A DNA stretch of 63,806 bases, the filler included, from Trichomonas gallinae (Eukaryota): assembly GCA_008369845.1 (NCBI GenBank). It is 6 parts of 6 records of this genome, joined end to end, with 100 filler letters (N's around TTAATTAATTAA, not from the genome) between each part and the next. Parts side by side here need not be neighbours in the genome. Positions count along the whole stretch, not along the records: positions 1 to 20,679 come from MRSU01000012.1; 5 more parts are not named here. One strand, 5' to 3'. Made by a program: the position numbers and the translations under genes. Positions within the stretch are counted from its first letter, which is position 1, and the number at the start of each line of letters is the position of its first letter. A model generated the notes under the pieces. That model was given only the letters and a program-made list of their open reading frames with translations. It did no database searches and was not told where the DNA came from. Of this stretch, positions 1 to 10,567 are shown one piece after another.

Positions 1-77
1 TTAGCTAATACTCGACTATGAGGCGTTAGGAAGCAAACAAGTATAAAAATGTAAACTATTCAAACCTACCCCCTTAA
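1..77. mobile_element. Terminus of a TTAA-target DNA transposon (Kolobok-like); element 1-73, TTAA target 74-77
   Basis: 1-73 is the reverse complement of 20606-20678 with 3 mismatches. Both read TTAA|GGGGGTAGGTTTG into the element and both run off contig ends. Confidence 0.7.
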
Positions 78-117
78 GTTTTATTACTAAAAAAGAAATA
101 TAAAATAATGATCCAAA

Positions 118-3100
118 TCACAAATATTGACCAAAGCCAAAACCATCAAATCCATCTGTACTAGGTTCTTGATCCTGGCTTTGAGGCAGCATTTGTCCAA
201 AGTTTGGCACTTGAACTGGACTTGGAGGTTGTCCAAAGTTAGGTGTTTGAACTGGACTTGGAGGTTGTCCAAAGTTTGGCGCTTGGACTGGATTCTGCAT
301 TTGTCCAAAGTTTGGTGTTTGAATTTGGTTTGAAGCTTGCTGAGCATACTGGTTCGGGTAGTTCATGCCGTAAACATTCTGCGGGTAAGAATGCTGGTAG
401 TATTGGTTGCTGACATTTGGTGCTTGTTGATTTGGATAAGCAGGATAGTTCTGCATCATTGGCTGCTGTAAGAATTGGCCTTGATTTGGCTGCATATGTT
501 TCATTTCCTGCGGCATTTGAAGAACATCAAATACAAAATTGTCTGAATCAATGTTGAACTGCTTCTTCAAGATGTTGAATGCAAATACAAAACGATACAA
601 AATATCAGGGCGAATACTTTGTGACAAATTCAAGTTTTGCGTTATGATGTCATTGAAAGTGAAAACATAAGACAGCAAACGCGAATTTCTCTCAGCAGAA
701 TTTGTCAGTTTTATGATAAACGGAAGCTTCATGCACAAAACTGTCCACTGCTCAACATATTGGTTGATGTCACCTATATATGATGGAATAACTATTTGGC
801 CGATGTTCTCCATGTTGTAAATATATTTTCCAAACTCTAATGATGTTTCAGTCAGTGATGTTACTTTAATGTCATCGAATTTGCAGAAGCTGATTTCTTC
901 ACTAGAAATCTTGATTGTATCTTCAACTGCATTTGACTCAGGAATCGGGGAAGCCTGGAATTCTCTGAGCTGCTTTTCGCTCTCTTCAATGATTTGGTCA
1001 TATGAACGAAGAAGATGAGGCTTAAAGGTGACTTTGTTGTTGACGAAATCTTGGGCTTTGAAGATGAGTTCTAACTTCATTGGAAGACGAACTTGGTACT
1101 TCATGTCACGAAGTTTTTCGAGGCGAATCTTGAAGACACCAATCAAGAAATCTTGGAGTTCGCGAGCTGTCGTTAAATCAGTCCATCCGCCTTTCTTCTC
1201 AAAGTGAATGTAAGTCATCATCATGCTGACGATTTTGCGCATTTTGTCGAAATTGTTGATCTTCGACAAAATGTTTCTCATGTAGTCAACGTTTTCTTCG
1301 ACAGGGACCCAGACATTGTTCCACATCTCTCTGTCTTCATTCGGATTATATGGTTCATCGCACAATCTTATGCAGAGCTTGCTCATTGTCGTTGGGTCAT
1401 ATTCATATTCCATGACAATTAATGGCGTCGCATTTTCGTCGACTACGAAGAAGCAATAGTTCGTAATGTGTGGTGGGAAGACGTTCTTGAATGAGTAGCT
1501 GATATATGTTTCGATATTCTTCTCACCGAATGACGTCCATGCATAGGTGAATGGAGTGCAAACGATGAACTTGTATGGCGGGATTTTGACAAATTCGTTC
1601 GCTTTAAATTCAACCCATATCTTTTTGTGCTCAATGAAATATTGTGCTGGACAGTTATTCAAGTGCTCATCACTCCACCTGAAGCACAGATCCTTGCCAC
1701 GTGTTTCGAAAGTAATGTTAGCAGGAACAACGTCGACTGTAATTGTCTTAATTAGTTCTTTCTCACTTTTGATTTCGAACTCGATTTTTCCGTTTTGCGT
1801 TGTGTATCTAGTGAAGAGTAAATCGACGTGCCAAACATTTCCACTGCGGCCGAAGTCTTTGACTAGAAGTGAGTCAGACCATTTAAGCTTGATGTGTATA
1901 TTGTCATCAGGATCATCGAGAACTGAGTTAATATAAAAACTATGCCTGTATGTTAAAATTCCGGCAAATATTTTTGTTGCTTCAGTGAATTTCATTAGCA
2001 TAGGATCGAAATACAAAAAGAAGAAAGGTTTGTCATAGACCATGAAGTTCATCAGATAACTCGAGTAAAGATTGTTATCGAGATAAACGGTGAAAAATGG
2101 AAGATTGGACTTCAAAAACATTTCACTTTCTGTTTTATCATCATTTGTTTCAATTTTAGGAGCTAAATCTTCGTCTTCTGGCTTCGCTGTTTCTATTCTG
2201 TGCGGTATTGGCTTCAAGTTATAATCATATGTTGTGACTTTGATTGGTGTACTTGATGTAATCATTCTAGGATTTAATGCAGGAAGCTGCTGATTTGGTC
2301 CTAGAACGGATAATGATATCGTATTGCCTTCAGTACGAATGAATTTGTAGTTTGAGGCAACTTTTGTAATTTCGATGTTGAAAGGAATAGAGAAGTCATT
2401 GATCATTAGTGTTCCTTGCACCGAACTTGTTCCGACAGGAAGATTAAATACGTTTATGAACACTTTGATCAAATTTTCTTGTACGACTCCTCCAACTAAC
2501 ATGTTATTGACTTTAATGACAGGATTCTTGATGTTTGTTAAAATATTAATAACAAGTGGAGAAACTTGCTTGACTGAAATGTCAGCAAGTTTAATTGACA
2601 ATTGAGAGAAAGAAGATATGATCTTATTATCGATTTCATAAATATAAAGAATGTCTGGGATATTTTCTGGTCTATAGTTAATTATCTTTGCATTCGGAGA
2701 CTGTAAAATATCAGGAAATTGCTCTAAAACATTCTTCGGCTTTTGCTCGATTGTAATTTTTTCATCTTTTGGTTTTTGTTCGATTTTGATTTTTTCTTCT
2801 TTCGGTTTTTGTTCAGTTTTATTAGCTTGTTTCTGCTCGTAAACGTCATCTAGCGTAACTTTGTGATTTTTAGAGATAAATTTATCAACGATTTCGCGAA
2901 GTTTGTCGAAAGGAACAACAGTTTTCTTCGATATAATCTGTGGAAGAGTAATTACGAAAAACTCAGGAGTGCCTTTTTCGAAAATAAACGCGTCTTTGTT
3001 ATCATACGGATCAAGTTTGAACAAGAAGTTGTCTTTTGATGGCCTAAAGTCGAAGAATTTGCGTGAATAGACATTAATTACTTTCACTCTGTTAGATTTG

Positions 3101-5118
3101 ACGAAGATTATTGTATATTTTGATGTTTTTTCTTCGCCGAAATTCAAATGAGGCTGAACAGTTTTGATTAGATTAAACAAGGCCTCTTTTTCATAAACTA
3201 AATCAGTAGGATCTGGTTTCTTAAGTGGTGCTTGTATAGAGTCAATGTATGGAGACAATAAGCCAGCAATATCAAACGAATCATAAATTTTTTCTGAATC
3301 AGATCTTTGTATTGAAATCGAGTCTTTCTTCGATTTTTCTATTGATATTCCTTCCTTTGACGGCTTTGGTAGTTGTTCTGTGCTTTGATTCGATTTGCCT
3401 AGTTTAATTATGCTGAGTTTCTGAACTGGTTTCGTTAATGCTGCAATAAGTAGTGCAGCGACAGGAATTGCTTTACCATTTTGCTTTTTAGCTAATGTCA
3501 ATAGTTCATTAATTGCGTTTTGCGATATATTAAGAGCCTTTAATGCTTTTGTTGCTGCATTATCATCGAATGTGATTTCGATTTTATTTTCATTTTCGAA
3601 GCATGAACAAATTTGATATAGTTTCTCCAATTCCTTTTCATCGTTGGTTCTTGTCTTGCAGTATTCATATAAAGATTTTGGATCTTCAAAGATTTTATCA
3701 ATAAATGGAAACATTTTTTGGGAATTTTGCTGGAATAATTTAAAGTCTTGTCTAGGTAAGACAATATTCATGTCATGCGGGTAGTTTTGAAGAAGATACT
3801 TAACAAAATTCTCAATTTTGAAATTTGATTTTGTTAATTTCATTTTCAATAGATCGAAAAACATGAGATTTAAGTGATTTCGGAGGCTGTTATATAAGAT
3901 TTCTGCTGCAGCTTTGTCGATATTAGTATATCCTTCAGTATTAAATTTAAGATCTTCAAGTTGCTTCGGAAGTTTAACATTTGGACGAATTAAATGAGGA
4001 AAATCAAGGACATATAACTCAAATCCACTCCTTGATTTTTCAATTAGTCGTGAAATATAAGAATAATGTGCAATAGCTTTCATAAGCTCAATATCTGGCT
4101 CATCAGCAGGATTTTGCGGGAGGGGTATGTTCTTTAACTCATCAAAAATACAGTATTTTTGACTTTGTGAATAAAATACATTTTTCTTATCACGATAGTA
4201 TTTTAGAATGTGCAGAATAAATTGTGGGTTCACCGACTTATATTCTACAAATTGGTTCTTCTTTTGGTTGATTATTTGGATTAAATCTGCTATAGAACAA
4301 ATTGAGACAGTTTTTGCAATGGAATAAACAGCCTCAAATATATCAAAGAACAGATTGACATTTTTGATATGTAATTGACGCATTTCATCGATTATAAATG
4401 AAATAAATTTTGAAATTTCGTTAGATAGAGAGTTTGGAAGTGGAATATCAGTAAATAGCTTCCATGCAATTATATTATGCGGTTTATTGTCGATAATATC
4501 CATTACGAAATCATTTCTGATTTTCATTGTGCAAGGGCTACGATTAAAAGCAGAGCAAATTTCAGTATCAAGATCTTTGAATACTGGCATCATGGGATAC
4601 TTATTCCAATTGTTATTTGCTGTGGCAAATCCGAAAATAATATCATCTTTCACGATAAAAACTACGTCATTCGTCCCCAATGACTGACGGAAAGATGTAT
4701 CACCCGTAATAAATATATTATATCTGTTGCTTTTCAAGAAATTGAAAAGTTCGCAGAAATAATAATATAATGTTCCCTTTTGGAATGGGTTTAATGCTAA
4801 AATCTTCGATTTTATGAGTATACTGAATCGTATTGATAAATTTTTGGCCGTTAAAAGCTCATCATATTCTTTATATATATCAATGGGAAGATTATAGTCA
4901 TTTTCTTTTAGGTATTCATATAGTGTATATCCATGTTCATTGATAAAATCATTTTGTAGGCAATTAAATACATTATAAATCGGTGAAAATTTTGGATATT
5001 CAGCAATTTTCTTGTTTAGTTGGGAAATTAACACTTTTATTCGATTTTGATCAAAATTCCGCGTTTTCAGCATTTCGCACAAAGCATTTTCGACGCTTTG
5101 TGGATCGAAAGCATTCAT
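118..5118 (-). CDS. Large hypothetical protein (1666 aa) with Q/P-rich C-terminal PNFGQ repeats
   Basis: Uninterrupted 5 kb ORF in AT-rich DNA; no family recognised. Confidence 0.85.
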   Translation of the reverse strand: MNAFDPQSVENALCEMLKTRNFDQNRIKVLISQLNKKIAEYPKFSPIYNVFNCLQNDFINEHGYTLYEYLKENDYNLPIDIYKEYDELLTAKNLSIRFSILIKSKILALNPFQKGTLYYYFCELFNFLKSNRYNIFITGDTSFRQSLGTNDVVFIVKDDIIFGFATANNNWNKYPMMPVFKDLDTEICSAFNRSPCTMKIRNDFVMDIIDNKPHNIIAWKLFTDIPLPNSLSNEISKFISFIIDEMRQLHIKNVNLFFDIFEAVYSIAKTVSICSIADLIQIINQKKNQFVEYKSVNPQFILHILKYYRDKKNVFYSQSQKYCIFDELKNIPLPQNPADEPDIELMKAIAHYSYISRLIEKSRSGFELYVLDFPHLIRPNVKLPKQLEDLKFNTEGYTNIDKAAAEILYNSLRNHLNLMFFDLLKMKLTKSNFKIENFVKYLLQNYPHDMNIVLPRQDFKLFQQNSQKMFPFIDKIFEDPKSLYEYCKTRTNDEKELEKLYQICSCFENENKIEITFDDNAATKALKALNISQNAINELLTLAKKQNGKAIPVAALLIAALTKPVQKLSIIKLGKSNQSTEQLPKPSKEGISIEKSKKDSISIQRSDSEKIYDSFDIAGLLSPYIDSIQAPLKKPDPTDLVYEKEALFNLIKTVQPHLNFGEEKTSKYTIIFVKSNRVKVINVYSRKFFDFRPSKDNFLFKLDPYDNKDAFIFEKGTPEFFVITLPQIISKKTVVPFDKLREIVDKFISKNHKVTLDDVYEQKQANKTEQKPKEEKIKIEQKPKDEKITIEQKPKNVLEQFPDILQSPNAKIINYRPENIPDILYIYEIDNKIISSFSQLSIKLADISVKQVSPLVINILTNIKNPVIKVNNMLVGGVVQENLIKVFINVFNLPVGTSSVQGTLMINDFSIPFNIEITKVASNYKFIRTEGNTISLSVLGPNQQLPALNPRMITSSTPIKVTTYDYNLKPIPHRIETAKPEDEDLAPKIETNDDKTESEMFLKSNLPFFTVYLDNNLYSSYLMNFMVYDKPFFFLYFDPMLMKFTEATKIFAGILTYRHSFYINSVLDDPDDNIHIKLKWSDSLLVKDFGRSGNVWHVDLLFTRYTTQNGKIEFEIKSEKELIKTITVDVVPANITFETRGKDLCFRWSDEHLNNCPAQYFIEHKKIWVEFKANEFVKIPPYKFIVCTPFTYAWTSFGEKNIETYISYSFKNVFPPHITNYCFFVVDENATPLIVMEYEYDPTTMSKLCIRLCDEPYNPNEDREMWNNVWVPVEENVDYMRNILSKINNFDKMRKIVSMMMTYIHFEKKGGWTDLTTARELQDFLIGVFKIRLEKLRDMKYQVRLPMKLELIFKAQDFVNNKVTFKPHLLRSYDQIIEESEKQLREFQASPIPESNAVEDTIKISSEEISFCKFDDIKVTSLTETSLEFGKYIYNMENIGQIVIPSYIGDINQYVEQWTVLCMKLPFIIKLTNSAERNSRLLSYVFTFNDIITQNLNLSQSIRPDILYRFVFAFNILKKQFNIDSDNFVFDVLQMPQEMKHMQPNQGQFLQQPMMQNYPAYPNQQAPNVSNQYYQHSYPQNVYGMNYPNQYAQQASNQIQTPNFGQMQNPVQAPNFGQPPSPVQTPNFGQPPSPVQVPNFGQMLPQSQDQEPSTDGFDGFGFGQYL
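193..330 (-). repeat. 36-bp coding tandem repeat x4 (12-aa unit, e.g. PVQxPNFGQPPS)
   Basis: ttgtccaaagtt recurs at 193, 229, 265 and 301. Confidence 0.9.
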
Positions 5119-5554
5119 ATAAAAGTGTCAAAATTATTTGTTAATTTCACAAATTAACAATGTTTTTAGTTTCCTTATATCATATAAACGATTTTTACCG
5201 CGCAAAGTTCCCTCATATGCTGCAAATTTTAATTTCAAAATTTGAAAAATCAAAATCTGTTAACTGAGAGAATAGATTTATGATTTTATGGCGAATATAA
5301 AATTATTTAGCTAATTAAAAAACAATTTCATTAATACAAATTTTATAGAATAGAATGTTGGCTATTTGCTATAGCATGCACATCACCATTAAATTTTTGA
5401 CATGTAAAAATGTAATGTTATGATACACACAATCAAAATGCTATGGTAAGTAATCATAGTTTTAGCTAATGAAAAACTTCGATAGATGTGATACATAAAT
5501 GATGAATAAAGTTGATAAAAATGAATTAAATCACCAATAATCAGCGATTTTAAG

Positions 5555-6325
5555 TTATTTAGAAGACCAAGATCCAGAGATTTTTCCACGTCCATCCTTT
5601 GTTGAATATGAGCCAGAAACAGACCATGGATTCTCTTCTTCGTTGCCTGTGAGCCCAACAGTTCCAGAACGGTGTGTTGTGCCTGTCATGCTGATAGCTC
5701 TGTTTGAAGACCATGATCCAGATATTGAGCCTCTTCCATCCTTTGTTGAGTAAGAGCCAGAAATAGACCATGGATTTTCTTCTTCATTTCTTTGGTACTT
5801 CTTTGGGATGTAGCGCTTCCAATTAATTCCATTTGATGACCATGATCCTGAGATTTTTCCACGTCCATCCTTTGTTGAGTATGAACCGGAAACCTCCCAT
5901 GGATTCTCTTCTTCGTTTTCTTCAGCTTCAGCGAATTTGTATGAGCCAGAAATTCCCCAGCCACTTGATCCATAGCTTCCACTAACAGAGAGTCTGCCAT
6001 CAGAAGATGTGTACCCTGCGCCAACAGACCATGGATTAGCTTCTTCATTTCTTTGGTACATCTTTGGGATGTAGCGCTTCCAATTAATTCCATTTGATGA
6101 CCATGATCCTGAAATCTTTCCACATCCATCCTTTGTTGAGTATGAGCCAGAAAACTCCCATGGATTTGCTAATTCATTTTTGACAAGTTGCTGTTTTAAT
6201 GCTTTGAAAATAGCGTCGATGATTTCTTCTTTATCTTCACGAGAAAGATGCTTGAATGAGATGTTCTTGTTTGTAACATCATGCATCCTCTTTGAGACAC
6301 CTTGAGATGCAAGAATGAGAAACAT
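5555..6325 (-). CDS. Putative secreted multi-repeat peptide precursor (256 aa; five NExxN-PW delimited Gly/Ser-rich units)
   Basis: Inr TCATTTTT at 6338-6331 precedes ATG 6325; short hydrophobic N-terminus MFLILASQG; five homologous repeats. ORF-track TTG start at 6382 is unlikely. Confidence 0.85.
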   Translation of the reverse strand: MFLILASQGVSKRMHDVTNKNISFKHLSREDKEEIIDAIFKALKQQLVKNELANPWEFSGSYSTKDGCGKISGSWSSNGINWKRYIPKMYQRNEEANPWSVGAGYTSSDGRLSVSGSYGSSGWGISGSYKFAEAEENEEENPWEVSGSYSTKDGRGKISGSWSSNGINWKRYIPKKYQRNEEENPWSISGSYSTKDGRGSISGSWSSNRAISMTGTTHRSGTVGLTGNEEENPWSVSGSYSTKDGRGKISGSWSSK

Positions 6326-7132
6326 AATCAAAAAATGAACTGTTGTAATTTTTAGATTTTTTCTGTGGTATCTTCCTGGCAATTTGACACAATCAGATCA
6401 ACGAAGTAATTTTTGTAAGAGTAAATATATGTTATATTACAATGTGAAATATGATAATCAAACAAGAATGTTTTGAAAATATTTCAAAAACAAGGTTTTC
6501 AGAAAATAATTGAAGCTGCAATACTATTTTGATGAAATAATAACATACAATGATTGCAATAGTAACCTTTCAAAAAAATAATTTGAATATTTTTCAACTA
6601 ATTAATAGGTTATAAAACGCTCAATAACCAGATGCACATATTCAAATAGGTGATAATTCCATCAACATATTAAAGAAAAACGTTATATTATCAAATCAAA
6701 TGAACATGATTTTGTACAGTAATTTTCTGTAATATGGAATAATATTAGGAGAAAATACAGATACATGCTTTATATATACAGAAAAACGCAGAATATAAGT
6801 ATTTTATTGGATGAAATTAAGAATCTTTTGATATGAATGTGTTTGAGACTTTTGTAATTATTAAAATGCAATATAATTCTATTTCCTTTGCAAAATTGTT
6901 AAAAATAGTCAATAATTCCCTAAAATATAAAGTTATTCATAAATCTATGTTATTGATTTAAATTCTGGGCGAAAATCAATGATACAGATTATAAAGAAAC
7001 TATATCATTAGAGAAGAAACCTTTTTGGATAAATTTCATCAAAAATCTCAAATCTCTAATAAAAACCAAAATAGATGGTACATTGCTGTCTTACAGTCAA
7101 AATCCAGACATTTTTTCGCTTCATTTTTATTG

Positions 7133-9793
7133 ATGTTCTTTCTCTTAAATTATGTTTCATTTCGAAAATGCGAAGACATGAGATTCTGTCGCGAAAATTT
7201 GCATGTCAAGTCCACAGAAGGCTGGTCTATTCAAAATGTGGTGACAGGAAGCAATATTTTTGCTGCTGATTTATATAAAAATAATGAAAAGCAAAATCAT
7301 ACTTTATACATAACAAAGATCAACAACTCTGGCTTCCATGTTCGCGTTGAATTGGATAAAAATCTTTCATCTTATCGCTACAACATTTATCACGATAATT
7401 TAATTGTAAACAAGACTAAAATCGATAATATCGATACCATTGAAGTATATAACATAGATCAAACATACTCCATTAGAAATAAGGAAATAATTCTCGAAAT
7501 TACACCATCACCTTTGCAAATAAGACTTCTCAAAGCAGGAAAAGAGTATATTAACATTGCTGCCGATGAATTTATGATCATTGAAGATGGATCGGCCGCA
7601 GATTCAGAGAATTTTGATAATCATGTTGAAACTGTGCCAAATGGTAAAACATCTGTTGGTCTTTCATTTGCATTCCACAAGGAATCAAAAATTTCCGGTT
7701 TTCTTGAAGAAAATACAGCATTAAACATAGATGATATTAAGGAATCTCGTAGATATGCAAGAGATGGTTTCTCTTTATACGGAAATGTTCCATTTTTCAT
7801 TGCTCACCATAATACTCTGGATTTCACACCGGGAGTCTTCTGGATGAATCCATCAGATTTATTTTTCAGCATCAGGACAGAAGAAGCACGCAAAGGCAAG
7901 AATAGTATTGATGGAAATCGTATAGTAAGAGTTTTATCTGAAGGAGGATTCATTAATTTTGTACTTTTCGCGGATTCATTACCAAATGTCATGAAACAAT
8001 ACACACACATCACAGGACTCCCGGAAATGCCACCAGCGTGGACACTAGGCTACCAGCAGTCAAAATGGGGCTACGAGAGCCAAAAAATTGTCGAAGAAGT
8101 CCATAAAAATTTAACAGAGAATGAAATTCCTCATGATGTGACGTGGCTTGACATTGACCACTTGAATTCAAGCACACCATTTACTATGAGCAGTGACTGG
8201 TTCTATGATGCAGATAAATTGTTCAAAACAGCAGAGGACGAGCATAGAGCAATAATTAAAATCACAGATCCACACATGAAAGTTTCCGAAGATTTTGTGC
8301 CTTATAAAGAAGCCATGGAGAATGACTACTTCGTTAAATACAATGACAGTGTCTTCTATGATAATTGCTGGCCAGGTAATTCGAGCTGGCCGGACTTCTT
8401 GAGGGAAGACGTAAGAAACTGGTGGGCGTCAAAATTTACAAAAGAAAACGGTTTCCCGTCATCAGTTTTCGTCTGGAATGACATGAATGAGCCATCAGCG
8501 TGGACAAGCATGGAAGCAACATTTCCTAAAGACTCAAAGCAATTAAATAGTAAGGTAGAATCGCGTGAAGTGAAGAGTATATATGGACTTGCGATGACAG
8601 CAGCAACTCACAAAGGTTTGTCAGAAAGAGGCAACAGAACATTTTTGCTGACAAGGTCCTTTTTCGCTGGCAGCCAGAAATACGCATGGCACTGGTCGGG
8701 AGACAACACAGCTGACTATAACTATCTCAGGGAATCAATTGATACCTTGCTGACAGCTAATTTGAACGGAATGTATTTCACCGGCAGTGACGTTGGCGGA
8801 TTTTTCGGCAATTCGACAGCAGACTTGATTGCAAGATGGTTCCAAGCAGGCTCATTATTATATCCACTATTTAGAGAACACAGTGAATTCGAGTCCAACC
8901 ACAGAGAACCTTATGTTTTCATAGAGTCAAATCCAAAAGAATATCAAGCAATAAAGAACGCAATAATCGAACGATATGAATTATTGCCACATCTCTACAA
9001 GACGGCTGAGAGAACAGTGAGAACAGCTGAGCCATTTGTTGCCCCTGTTTGGTATTATCATCCATACAACATGTCGCACGATATCAACTATCAGCCTATC
9101 GTTGGCAGGGATCTGATGGTCTGCCCACTATTGACAAATAAAACAGAAACTGTTAAAGTCGTGAAACCACCAGGAAGATGGTTCTACTACAGGACAGGCA
9201 AAGAACTCACAGACCAGGAGACAAAAGTCAATGCTTGGATAACAGATAACATCCCGGCATTTACAAGAGGTGGATCTATTATTGGAAAGTTTACTAAAAC
9301 TGCTTTGACGGTTTATGACACATTCCAACAAAACATTACTTTGCTGATTAGCGTTGACTCAAATTATGAAGCTACAGGTTATCTTTATTTCGATGATCTG
9401 ATTTCTCATGACTACAAAGAAGGAAAGTTCATGAATGTTACTGTAGACTTTTCGAAGAAGAAATTCAAGATTACTGTTGATGGAAGATTGAAACAGAATG
9501 TTATCTGCGACAAAATAATTGTTTATGGATTGAACAAAGAAGTTGAGTTCCACGGAATCGATGGAAAATTCAGGAATGGAGTGTTGATTGTTGACGATCT
9601 CAAAATCAAACTTTATGAGAATCGCACTTGGTACCCTGAGTATTACTACACAATCGTTTATGTTTCTGTCGCTGTCGTTGGTGTCGTCATTTTGATTGTT
9701 CTCATCTTCTATTGCATGAAGAAGAGGCCGGAGAATGGACATGATGACTACGAAGCCATTGGACCATCCAAGAAATACAAATTTATATCCTAA
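7133..9793 (+). CDS. Glycoside hydrolase family 31 (glucosidase II alpha-like) with C-terminal TM helix
   Basis: WNDMNEPS nucleophile motif, WSGDN, GSDVGGF, WLDIDH; Inr TCATTTTT at 7121; TM segment then cytosolic YEAI. Confidence 0.93.
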   Translation: MFFLLNYVSFRKCEDMRFCRENLHVKSTEGWSIQNVVTGSNIFAADLYKNNEKQNHTLYITKINNSGFHVRVELDKNLSSYRYNIYHDNLIVNKTKIDNIDTIEVYNIDQTYSIRNKEIILEITPSPLQIRLLKAGKEYINIAADEFMIIEDGSAADSENFDNHVETVPNGKTSVGLSFAFHKESKISGFLEENTALNIDDIKESRRYARDGFSLYGNVPFFIAHHNTLDFTPGVFWMNPSDLFFSIRTEEARKGKNSIDGNRIVRVLSEGGFINFVLFADSLPNVMKQYTHITGLPEMPPAWTLGYQQSKWGYESQKIVEEVHKNLTENEIPHDVTWLDIDHLNSSTPFTMSSDWFYDADKLFKTAEDEHRAIIKITDPHMKVSEDFVPYKEAMENDYFVKYNDSVFYDNCWPGNSSWPDFLREDVRNWWASKFTKENGFPSSVFVWNDMNEPSAWTSMEATFPKDSKQLNSKVESREVKSIYGLAMTAATHKGLSERGNRTFLLTRSFFAGSQKYAWHWSGDNTADYNYLRESIDTLLTANLNGMYFTGSDVGGFFGNSTADLIARWFQAGSLLYPLFREHSEFESNHREPYVFIESNPKEYQAIKNAIIERYELLPHLYKTAERTVRTAEPFVAPVWYYHPYNMSHDINYQPIVGRDLMVCPLLTNKTETVKVVKPPGRWFYYRTGKELTDQETKVNAWITDNIPAFTRGGSIIGKFTKTALTVYDTFQQNITLLISVDSNYEATGYLYFDDLISHDYKEGKFMNVTVDFSKKKFKITVDGRLKQNVICDKIIVYGLNKEVEFHGIDGKFRNGVLIVDDLKIKLYENRTWYPEYYYTIVYVSVAVVGVVILIVLIFYCMKKRPENGHDDYEAIGPSKKYKFIS

Positions 9794-10567
9794 ATGTATA
9801 TATTACTTTCGCATTAACACATTTATTATAATAATCCACAAATAAGGTATTTTACCAAATAAATCAATATAAAAAACAAATCGATATTTGAAAAATTTTG
9901 ATATTTAAACCCAATTTAGGATAAAAACCACAAATACTATTTAAAGTGACGCATATTTAATTGTTCATATATTCAAGTTATAATCTCAAATTTACACAAA
10001 AATATTTGCGTTTTGTTTGAAAATAAACAGAATACAACAATTACAGTTTTTATTTAAAAAATTGAAGTAAATGTCAAGCTATTTATCTTTATCCTATGGT
10101 TAGCTGTCAAATTTTACAATGCCAGAATGTCAGATATTTTCGAAAATAAAGACATTGTAAATTTACAAATGTCAAAAAAAAAAAAAAAATGTGCAACATA
10201 AATTATCGAGTGATTCCGGCAACAAATGTTAATATCGACTATCTCATATACCATCATAAACTTCATGAAGAAATCATATGAGTTTCCTGTAATATATTTG
10301 GAAAATAACCATCAGACAAAGATTTTAGGCGGATTCGAGAAATTGAATTTTGACAATTTACATGTCAAACAAATTTTATAACATTTATCGTAGCGATAAT
10401 ATTGCTGTACTCATTATAAAGGAATTAAAATACGTCCTCTGAAAATTAACGATGATCGATTTTGAAAGGAAACGATTAAACGAGAGAAACAAGCTGATCT
10501 TATTAATCAGTGGATTATAGACAATCCAAAAGTGAGAAAATTCGAATCAAATCATTTCTCATAAAAG

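Noticed and set aside
193..330. 36-bp periodic repeat as a CRISPR-like array
   Set aside because: In-frame coding repeat with no unique spacers, in a eukaryotic context.
5686..6129. Alternative-frame repetitive ORFs over the precursor gene
   Set aside because: Shadows of the same DNA repeat, with no Inr or signal peptide.
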